Shown in pieces: positions 53,055-64,000 of a stretch of 64,000 nucleotides of DNA; the stretch's first letter is position 1, and each line of letters starts with the position of its first letter. Location: the NCBI RefSeq assembly GCF_001194135.2, contig NC_069001.1, positions 39,733,940-39,797,939 on the forward strand, read 5' to 3'. The DNA comes from Octopus bimaculoides (Eukaryota). A program made the translations under genes and the position numbers. The notes beneath the pieces were generated by a model. That model had not been told where the DNA came from, ran no database searches, and worked only from the letters and a program-made list of their open reading frames with translations.

Positions 53055-53812
53055 GTATGACTGAATACACTCCAATTACTCTGGCACACCTAAACTGCAT
53101 CTGGAATTTAAGTTACACCAGTCTGCCTCCATCCTCTTCAACTCTATTATTATCCGAATTTATGCTGTCACAAGTTATCCATATTTATGCACCTACCTCA
53201 TTTTAAATTGCTTGTGACCCAAGTAGTTGAAAACACTTTTTCTTCAACCAATTTTTGTCACCAGTGTAAGTGCATTGAAAACGTAGTCCATTTTATCATA
53301 AACCAGTCGAAAAATCTTTGTAGTCCTTGTCCTTTATTTCTCATTCATTGTAGGTTTGTTTTTGTTTGTTTTTTTTTGTTTTTTTCATCCATTTTGCAAG
53401 TATTGCAGTGATTTGTGCTAGTTTCCAAAATATAGTTTTTGTCCCTTTTGCTGTAGCTCTTACAATCAATGAGGAATTTTATCTTATTTTTTCTTCTTTT
53501 ATTCTGCATGTTGTGGTGGAATTATTTTTCTATAGTTTTTATCATTTACTTATCTCTTCTAGCTAGACCAAATCAAGAAATATGTTCTAACCATATTGTT
53601 TTCGTAAAGTTTAGTTAAAGCTATCAACTTGTTAACATTTCAAATCTGGTTCTAAAAAGAAACTGATAATTAAAAACCCAACATGTTTTCATTAAACTTG
53701 TAATCTATTTTCTCTGTGTTTACAACCCTTTCTTATGTTGTGCACGGATCAACTATGCATGTTGCTTCATCATCATGGTAAGAAAAATCAACTCGTCATT
53801 CAAGTAAGCGAG

Positions 53813-53844
<32 letters not shown>

Positions 53845-54114
53845 CCCCCAGTGAATATTCTAATTAATAAATGCTCATTATGAGAACTCTTGATTACTTT
53901 TTGAATGTTTGAAGTCCATTTCCCTTTGAGCTTTTGTGCACATCGAACATTTTCTCAGCACATCAACTATTTTGGTCCGCCACTTCTACATTTGATTATA
54001 ATCACTTTTAATAATATTGCTTACAAAATATTTCTATATTTATAAAGTCACATCACTTATTCAACTCTTCACATATACTCCACATATATTTACACGCATG
54101 TGTAGCTGGCTGGG

Positions 54115-54166
<52 letters not shown>

Positions 54167-54309
54167 TATGCATACACACACATAGACATTTGTACACACA
54201 CACACAAATATATACACACGTTCATCTACTTGTCTATAGTATAAGATATTTTTGTAATAAAATCAAATCACATCCTTATATCTGAATGTGTGTGTGTGTG
54301 TGAGTATGT

Positions 54310-54366
<57 letters not shown>

Positions 54367-55359
54367 CATATATATGAACACACACTCACACATAAATGCA
54401 TATAGAGAGAAATATATAAATGCACACACGTTTAACCACTTGTTTGTAGGCACACACATGCCTATCAATTCCATCTTTGCAGAAAATTAAGAAGCATGAC
54501 TCTGAAAGCACTTGACACAAATTTCCATTGATTTTATTTAATCTTCGCTTTTTAATTATCCATTCTATTTGTCTCTCATATATACATCAAAACTGCTGTT
54601 GATTCTAAAATGATCTGATTTCTTCTTTCTTATGTCTTCTAGGGATATTTCAAATTCTTCATAAGCCACAGATTCTTTATGTCCAATAACATGTCTCATA
54701 AACGTCACTGAAATTTGCCTTACAACACAAATTTTCCATTGGCCTTTACACATTTTTTAACAAACTTTTTATGCATTAAAAGCATGTTAATGCAGTAAAA
54801 CATAAGGATTTAGCATGCTAAACTCTTCACACAAAAATTTCATTCTGGCATTTTTAGCTAAACACACACTTAAGATTTTATTCTAAATGCACTTTTCTTT
54901 TCAAAGAATTTTCTGCGACACTTTCTGCTTTTACATTCTTCCCATTGAGATTTCTTGTGTTTCTGAAATAAATTATAAATTCTTCACTTTATTTCTTCTC
55001 CAAATTATATAATAAACTTCTAAAACCTTTAATTAAACATTTCTTTCTTAAATACAAGGCCAAATGGAACATGTTCCAAACAATTTAGATCTTCAGTCAT
55101 AGCAAAAATAATTCTACTAGTTAAGCTGCAGTCATCCTTATTTTTGAACTTCAAGCTTCAATTTTGTAATATTAAGAATTTCATATATTAAAAAGAATTG
55201 CTTCTTAATTTTTTATTTTAATTCGGCATTTTTCCCTTAGTTTCACATAGGATTTGTCTACTTTACATTCTAAATATATTTGTAGATCAATTTAATCACT
55301 GAGAAATTTTTTCTGATCTTTAGATTACGTGTCTAAGAATAAGTATTATAAATTTTGAC

Positions 55360-55391
<32 letters not shown>

Positions 55392-55676
55392 CATTATTAT
55401 TATTATTCTGCAATGATAATTGATAATTAATTATCCTTGCAGATTAACAGAAATGCCTTATTATATTTCTTTCGACTCTTTACATTTTGAGTTCAAATTC
55501 TGCCAATGTCAGTTTTGCCTTTCATCCATTCGAGAATAAAGGGAAGTACAAATCAAATTCTAGAATCGATTTGAGTAACCCCTAACTCCAGAATTGTTGG
55601 TCCTGTGCCTAAAATTAGAAACTGTTATTACTACTACTGCTACTACTTATTGTTGTTTTTCATTTTCAACGGCAAG

Positions 55677-55691
55677 CCCAGTATAGTGGAG
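55677..55691 (+). CDS. Possible 15-nt microexon (PSIVE)
   Basis: gtttttcattttcaacggcaag|CCCAGTATAGTGGAG|gtaagc; phase 0-0. Confidence 0.3.
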
Positions 55692-58070
55692 GTAAGCTCT
55701 TGGTCATCTGAATTTCTAATTACACCTTTTGAGCCATTTTTTCTTTACACTGAGCAATTTTATTTAAATTAAGATAACTTTTTGTGTTTTAAGAATAATT
55801 TAAAGTATTTTTAATAATTTAAATAACTTATTAATAAATGATAAAAAAGTAAGAATTTAACATAATGCAATAAATATCAAAATGTTTATATATATTTACA
55901 CTTAGAATATTTTATTTGTTGTTAAAATTCTTTTGCTTCAGAGAATTTAAAATAGCAAATATAAAGTAATCTGTTTTAATATAAGAGAGAGAAGAAATTA
56001 TGCCTTATTTGGAATTGTGATATAATGTTCTTTATCAAATTAATTTTCATAACTATTGTACTTATTTCAGTAGATAATACACTAAACATTAACTTTTATT
56101 TATGACATGGAGTCAGCATCTAAACAATTTGTTCATTGAATATTTTCTACTTTCAAAGTTTATATTGTCTTAGTGATTCTGTCATCACTACTTTGGCATG
56201 CCTGGCAAAGTCTATGTTTTCCTAAGGAGTTCCAATAACATTGAAACATGTTTGGATTGTCTCCTATACTTACCAGTTCATTTCAAATGATAATAATCAT
56301 TAACTATGGTGGTTCCTCACTGCACCATTATTTCTGGGCTTAATGCTTAATTAACACTTGACTGACCATATTTCTATTGAAATACAATCTCTAGATGTTT
56401 CTGTAATGTTGAAAAATAATCTAGAATTTGAATGGGTTTAAGAAAATAAACAACTTAATTGGCAGTGTTCCCTCCCCATCTCTAATTCTGCCTTTATCTT
56501 CCAATGGAGATAATTCTGATCTTATTGGATTTTCTACCATGGTTACTAAATTCCAGTGAATTTACATCCTGGTTGGGTAAAGGAAAAATCTCAGGTAGAC
56601 TAACAGAAGTCAACTTTTATTCAAACTGAGTCCACAGATTCTGTATTATATTATTCTAAAAGACATTATTGCATACAGATATGGGTTAGTGACTATGTAG
56701 TTCACAATTACATACATCTGGGTTCAATTCCACTTTACAGTGGCCCCAGGTCAACCAAAGATTGTGAGTGAAATTTGGTTGATGGCAACTAGGCACAAGT
56801 TGTGTGTCAGTCATTGATGTAAACATTGGCAAAAGCTAGTGCTGTTTGGATGAAGTCCTTTCCAATATTTATTCTACACCAACTTATGTACATTCTCATT
56901 TACTACTGCCTCTAAAAATACAGTGAACGAATGATTGAATCCATTGGAAACCTCTAATTAACAACCTGTAATTCTTTTACTAATTTAATATACAAAATAA
57001 ATAACAGGTGGGGTATTTAATTGTTTTAGGTATGTTAGAAAATTGCATTTGTTTTAAATTCAAGTTATATAATTTTATTATTCCACTTTACCGCAAAATA
57101 CATTAAAACTCTCTCACTCTAAATATTTAGTTTGTAAAGTTTTCAATCATTGGAGTAATAATAATAGTAATAATGATTTTTTAAATAATATTCCTTGATA
57201 ATTTGTTCAATTAAAATTGAGATAGACTGTCATTTTATGTATCAATTATTTAGATCTTAGATTAATTGTAAAATTAAAAAAGGATTCAATCCAAGAACTC
57301 ATTTAGATTATGTAAAATGACAAAAATAAACAATAGAATTAGAGTGAAAAATATTTTGCCCATCTTCATCTAAAATCTATGCAAATGAAAATAAATTAGA
57401 AATGATTTTAAAAATTATTTTTATACCAACTAATTATCTCTTCTAATTTCAGCTTTATTAATATCCATTTTTTTTAATTACATCATTTTCTGTTGAAATA
57501 TATTTTGTTTATAATGAACTTAGATTCGTGTAAATTTCACTTCATAATAAACTTGTTGCTATTTTATTCCTCTATAGTGTAATGCCAGTCTTTTCCCATA
57601 TTAATTTAACTAATTAATTTTGTACATAATGAATGCACATTTTATTATTTCTATCATAATTACTATTTTGTTAATTATATAAATAGTTAGAATCTAGCCT
57701 GTTTTCCATAATGAATCATTTTAAAATAATCAAGACATAACCTTTAAACATTTTCCAAATAATTTTAGAATTTAAAAAAAGGATTTTGCTCATAGTTCAA
57801 ATGTTATTGACTTAAAAAGATACCTCAGAATAAAGATTTTTCATTAATTAATCTACAAGACAATGTGTTTAACATATAACCAATAAATTGGTGAGAAAAT
57901 TTCTTGCAATTTATTAGATATGAATAATTAAAGAACAAAGAAAATTTTTAGAATTTAGCTTTGTAATTACTTAATAATCTTTGGCTCATTCTATTAAGTA
58001 TTTCAGCATGTACTATACTAATGTTTTCTGTGTAGCTGGTGTCCTCAAGTATTTTTCAGTACCTGTTAGA

Positions 58071-58110
58071 GTAGGCTGATGAGATTTAATAAAATTGAAA
58101 CATGTCCTCT
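58071..58110 (+). ncRNA. Minimal hammerhead motif, sense strand, degraded stem I
   Basis: CUGAUGA-GAUUU AAUA AAAUU-GAAA-CAUGUC; 5-bp stem II, palindromic ACAUGU stem III, GUC triplet. Confidence 0.5.
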
Positions 58111-58396
58111 GTTAACAACAAACTGCCAAAAATCAGACTTCCTTCCTACTGCAATCATTTCTTTCTTCATCAAAATTAATCATCAACATAATGATTTTTC
58201 TCTTCATTAACAATTTAATTAATTAAAATTTGTCTCATTTTATAAACTAGGCTAGTAATTACTTTACAATTTATAACTATTTGATCTTTATAAACATTCT
58301 CAAAGTTTTCACTTTGATCATTTTTCCTTTAATTGAAATATTTAGGAAAAATTTCATTCAAAGGAAACTCTAATTCCACTGTTTATACTAGTTTAT

Positions 58397-58437
<41 letters not shown>

Positions 58438-59102
58438 ATATGAAGAATAAGATTTATTTATGTAACATGTTTTCAAAGAATTACTTTTGATATTAATTAA
58501 TCTTATTAGTAAATTGGCAGAATTAATAGAATGATGGACAGAATGTTTTGCTGTAATTATTTAGTTTCTAAGTTCAAACATCATCAAGTTAATTTTGTCC
58601 TTTATCCATCCAAGCTTGATGAAACAAACTACCAGTTATATAGTGGGGGATCAACCTAGCCTTCTTCAAACCTGTGTCTTTATGCCTAAGTGAGAAATGA
58701 ATATATCAATCTTGATGGTGGATTGGCAGAAGAGTGATGGATGAAATGCCTTGTGGTATTCAGTTGCCTACCTAGAGGCTTTATGTTCATTTCTCACCAA
58801 GGTCACCTTTACCTTTTATACATCTACAGTAGATACTATAAGTACAGGTCATGTATAAGGGTCAGTCTAATTTTCTTATTTTTGTCCCCTTCATTTCAGG
58901 TCTTCTGATATCTATTTTTCTTGTTAATATGAAAATCCAACATTATTATGGTTTTACTCATCATCTTGATAATCCTCTCAATTTGTAACTCTAACATTGT
59001 TAACGCCAAAACTATGATTACTTTTTCCATTTCTTAATTGGAGGCAAACTTTCTAACTGTATTGTATGGATGTCGTTTGTACTTCTTGTGTTCCTTAATT
59101 AG

Positions 59103-59201
59103 ATCGAGACTCAGGAGTTTGAACCCTGCACCAAGTATCATAAGATTCCAGTTCATTCTCCTTGCCTTAGATTAAATGGACAACAGTTTCGCTTTCAGCA
59201 G
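59103..59201 (+). CDS. Candidate 99-nt cassette exon (IETQEFEPCTKYHKIPVHSPCLRLNGQQFRFQQ)
   Basis: Branch-like ttctaac at 59051-59057, AG-free pyrimidine tract, ttccttaattag|, 33 open codons, CAG|gtatgg; phase 0-0. Confidence 0.6.
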
Positions 59202-59671
59202 GTATGGATGTGACACAATTTCTTCAAGGAATTTCAGAATTTCATTTAGATTATTGTCCGTGACATTTCAATAAGAATGTTCTTTAATATTATCCTTTGT
59301 GTTCTGAGTTCAAATCCCATCCATGATGACAGGACTTTCCAAAGTCTTCATGCCTAGCCATAGAACTTTCCAAAGTCTACATCCTAAACATTAATGTTTC
59401 CAAACACTCCTCAACTCACAGACTAATATTTCCGAGAAACAGTAAAAACTTGCACATTATTGTATAGCAAAAGATTTGGACACCAAATCTGTAACTCATG
59501 CAGTAAGTTATAGATTTGTAGTTGAAATCCCATCAGTGACCCAGAATGCTAGAGATTTGTGGTTCAATCCTACTGCACTTTCCTCTCTCAAAATTGGTTC
59601 TTATAATGTCTAATATCATTTGTATTAATATCAGCAATTTTAATACGTAAATGTATTAGTTTGTTTTATTT

Positions 59672-59707
<36 letters not shown>

Positions 59708-59971
59708 GAAACTGATGCAGATTCCCCAAATCCAATCTATTGTGGCACAGTGAAGATTTGTAAAACATTCCAAAAATGTGAATAGATATACACACTTGGA
59801 TGTATGCATCAACAATTCAAGCAACACATATTTATAAACACTAGGATCTCTCATAACTCAAAAAGTCTTCTAGCTTTGTTAGATACAAGCTTGAACTCTC
59901 TCCAGGAGAACCTACATAAAACTCAAAGAAAACTCATACATGCATATACTTAAATAAATGAGTGTGTATAG

Positions 59972-60014
<43 letters not shown>

Positions 60015-63000
60015 TTGGGCTGCAAATTCATTTCACAATTTATATGGTTGTTCAATGAAACAAACTTGCAGCCTGTAAGATATTTATCCCTATAAAGTAT
60101 GTATGTTTGTACATATATATTGGAATACATATGTGTAGCTGTTTGTGTGTACATTTAATATTAATGTATATATATTTTTGTGTGTATGTGTATATAAATG
60201 TTTGTATGTAATTTTATGCAATTTGTTTCCATGTTAATTGAAGTGTTATAATTAGGTAGAAAAACAGTAGGATTCTACTTTGATTTAAAAAACTCAGAAT
60301 CCAACTTTAATTAACACATATAGGATCCTACCTTAATTAACAGCCATAAGATTTGGCATTAATTGATGTGTTTGTCTTGATTTGAGAGTTTTATAGTTTA
60401 TGATTCTAAAACAGCACATTATATCAGGAAGTAAAGATGGAAACTGAAAACCGTCTTGGAAATATCAGGTGAGACTTGAGGTTCTCACTTTTAATGTTGA
60501 CATTTCTTTCTTCTCTAAGTTTACAGTATAGAATACTTATTCAAGACATTCTTTCAGTTTTAAAAGACTGTAAACATACAGTTTGAAGGACTGAGTCATT
60601 CTAGGAGAGAGAGAGGGAGGAGGGATATTTTTTATTATGGTGATTGTTTCTGTTGCAATTGTGAATTGCTGAAGTACAACTCTATACAAATAGGTTTTGA
60701 GCTGCTTATGATTTTAGCTACTCTTGATATATGAAGAATAAAGGAAACCTGTGATAAAATTGTTGATATCAGAAAACCTTTGATGAAATATTTAGCTCAG
60801 TTCAAAGAATGCCAAAGGATTGAGTTACAGAGCCAACTAATTCATGTGAAAATGTTTAAAATGTTAAGCCATTTCTTTTTTACATAATATCAAGATTGAT
60901 GAATCGGAAATCAATGTAGATGAAATTTTAGAAGTGGTTAACCTTGCTAACAGCAATACACTTACTTGTGATGGCAATATTTTTTCTAAAGAGCAATATC
61001 TTTGATAATGCAAGGATTTGAACTCATAACATGTGGGTCAATACCAGCTAAATTACTCACCAATGTACTCATACATATTGATCTTTTATTAAAACAAATT
61101 TAAGTATGCTATACATTATTCTAAAGTTAAACAGCAATTCATTTATTCACATCAAATATAGCTTACACTCTTCTGCTTAATATGAAATTTGATTTGTTTT
61201 CATTACCTTTAGCTTTTAGTTATATATATATCTATAATTTACACAATTTCATTTTTATTTGTGTGTGTATATATATATATACATACATACACACAAACAC
61301 ACACATGTATACTTACACAGTTATTGAAATATTTCATGTAAACTCACAAACTCATTGAAGCATAAATACATATTCATATGATTTTGATCTTTATTATTTT
61401 TGTAAGGCTTGTAACACAAAAACAGATATTTCAAATGTTGAATACATAAATATTAAAACCATGATAGAAATTTTTTAAATGTTTCTTCATATTCCAAGTA
61501 AACTCCACTGGTCACATTCTTTCCTTTTAAATTCAATAACATTCAGTGACATAAATGTATAGTTTGTCAATGTTGCTAGGTTTATATACACATAACAGTT
61601 GTGTATAATACATATAGTACGTTTGATACACAGACATTTCCTAGAGATTGTTGTCTATTATAGGTTACATTGTTTGTCATTAGTACCTGGGAACAGCGTT
61701 GTTGAAAATCCCCAGGCCAGCTCTGCATTAAGCCACAGACATGTTAGACAAAGGTAGTTAATTTAATGAAAGCTCTGGCTATTGTTTCTGTTAACTGTGA
61801 AATCTGTTGTTCTTGGATTTGTCCTCATTCTGAAGCAGAGAAAAAGTTTACTGCATGACAGCTGGAGTAATGAATGACAATTATAGTTACTGAACAGATT
61901 ATAATTAATAATTTACTTAAGTTCAATTATATCTAAGTAAATGATGTTCAAAAGTGAAATTAAATTAAATTTCCAGGTCATATTTCTTGTGAAACATAGG
62001 GTTTGATTTTTAATTAGTTTGAAAATATTCTATTTTATGTTTTATTTCATCAACCTTACTGTTGGTGGTGGGGATAGAAAAGTAACATGGAATATGAAAT
62101 CAGCAGGTAAAAAAACCTACTACTGAGCACCACTTGAAATTCTTTGTTGCTCTTCCGAGTCTGATTCATCTTACTAGAAATGTTGACATTTTATTGTTTG
62201 TCATCAGGAAGGTCTCACAATCACCACTTAACCCTCAATACTTTTACTTGGTGCTGTGAGGTGGGAAGCACTCTACCATAGAACTGACAAAGGTTTAGTT
62301 GGTTTGCCAGAAAAGTCCCTGTCACTGAGGAAAACAGGGAACTTACTTGAAAGCCACAATAGAAATCTTTAAAAATTCTATTTTAAAATTATAGAAAAAG
62401 TAATTACATTTATTGTGAAAATGTAATTATAAATTTCTCATTTATTATAATAATTAAAAAAAGTAAACATAAACTGACCTTTTAATAATCTTAGTGGAAA
62501 CCTTTTTCTCTGGGGCGTTTGTATATAGAACAACATAGCCATCTATGTGTTCAGGTGGTCTTCTAGATATCCATCTGTTGTTAGCCATATAAAAGAAGTC
62601 TTCAGTGTCTAATTTTTATAGATATTTAGGGGACAATTTAACAACATTGCAATTAATATAATATTATGTAATCAGCTGAAATGTATTTTCTCATGTAAAA
62701 TCCATACTTCTTCCAAAAGGATGCGAGTTCACCACCTCAAGGTTAGGCTAATGTATCCAGAAGGAGACTTACCTCTCAAATGTTTCAAGTGACAGAAACC
62801 AAATATAAGCTCTGCTCCTATATCACACATGGAATTTGATGGAATTTTCCTATAAAGCATCTTTGTTGGGAATAGAATTATAAGAGACTAACACATTCAC
62901 TATTTTATAGCATGATACCAAAGTTATATAACTAAAATTTTGAGATTTTTTTTCATTTTTGTTTTTCCCTCATAATCACTTCCACTTCCCAGGCTGTGAT

Positions 63001-63239
63001 ATTTTCTCAGTGATAAATATATTTTATATGATAAATATAGGTTTTGTGTGATAAATATGTGTGATAAATATATTTGTTTCACATGGTTGTATTTATGGTT
63101 CATATTATATGTGAGCCGTATCTATTTGGCATATGATATACTTATATCTCACGTGGTGGGCATTTATCACATTCGTTGAGTTTGTGTTTCATATATTATC
63201 TCTTACTATAGTTTTGTAAATCCTGTGGTATATCTGAAT

Positions 63240-63425
63240 ATCATGTGTGCCTATATACCATTTGGTGTGTCTCTATATTATGTGGAGTGTCTATAAACCA
63301 CGTCAAGTGTCTATATACCATGCAGAGTGTCTATATACCATGTGGTATGCTTATATATCATGTAAAGTATCTGTATATAATGTAAAGTGTCTATATAACA
63401 TGTGGAGTGTCTCTATATCATGTGA
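63240..63425. repeat. Degenerate minisatellite, unit of about 20 bp (atgtggagtgtctatatacc)
   Basis: About nine degenerate copies. Confidence 0.75.
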
Positions 63426-63905
63426 TAGATCAGTGTAACATTCTTTAAGACTCTTGCTTCAAGTTTTAACTCCAAATCCTCTCGAGTGAAAATTTCCCTA
63501 ATTACATCCAACTTCATTTTAAACTTTTGTTTTTTGTTCCCTTCACCTTCCCCCCTCTTCTCTTCAACTATTCACTTACATTTAAGTTTCTATGTATGAA
63601 TGGGTTCATATATATATACAAATATACATTTATACATTTATATACGTACACACACGTACACAAATTATCTGGTAAGTCAGCTTTTGATTTTAAAAATTGA
63701 TTGCTTGTAAATTACAAACAATTGTTATAATTAATTCTACACCAAATTTTGATGTATATATTACCATGCTGTTTATACTTTTTTTGTTTATTCTTTAGTT
63801 TGTTTTAGCCATCATGACTCACGCCCTGCTGGAGTATCACTTTGAATCATTTTCAAAATATGTCTTTCAGAGACTTTTTTTCTTTCTTTAAATATATTCA
63901 TATAA

Positions 63906-63943
<38 letters not shown>

Positions 63944-63969
63944 ATTTATCTATCACTGTATATGTAACT

Positions 63970-64000
<31 letters not shown>

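Noticed and set aside
52710-53075. Minus-strand 121-aa hydrophobic ORF (IIVLIIIFIILL...)
   Set aside because: It is the antisense shadow of the D/E/Y codon repeat; the splice signals favour the plus strand.
53745-53810. Two consensus donors (ATG|gtaaga, CAA|gtaagc) after a pyrimidine tract
   Set aside because: No AG acceptor upstream (the tract ends in gtgcacg) and no U12 branch signature.
63809-63840. Acceptor-like ttttag followed by HHDSRPAG
   Set aside because: Resembles the end of a common SINE-like repeat (related copies near 18661-18720 and 42040); weak donor.

Overview
AT-rich, microsatellite- and SINE-dense animal DNA with four N-gaps; the repeat families and composition point to a coleoid cephalopod, probably Octopus (inference). 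The + strand carries the middle and 3' part of one voltage-gated calcium channel alpha-1 gene of the Cav2 type. I traced it exon by exon with consistent splice phases from the II-III linker (2871) through repeats III and IV, the EF-hand, pre-IQ and IQ regions (42458). The IIIS4 voltage-sensor exon is not visible and most likely lies in the gap at 12603-12955. Most notable: (1) two duplicated, apparently mutually exclusive exons for the IVS1-S2 loop and IVS2; (2) in-frame microexons and cassette exons in the II-III linker and after the IQ motif, including a 48-aa Asp/Glu/Tyr repeat exon; (3) minimal type I hammerhead ribozyme motifs and long fold-back hairpins in the introns; (4) decayed Penelope-like, mariner, R4/Dong-like and RTE-like elements and a solo LTR. 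The gene start and the conserved distal C-terminal exons are outside the window or were not recognised. All calls were made by eye; no database searches were run.
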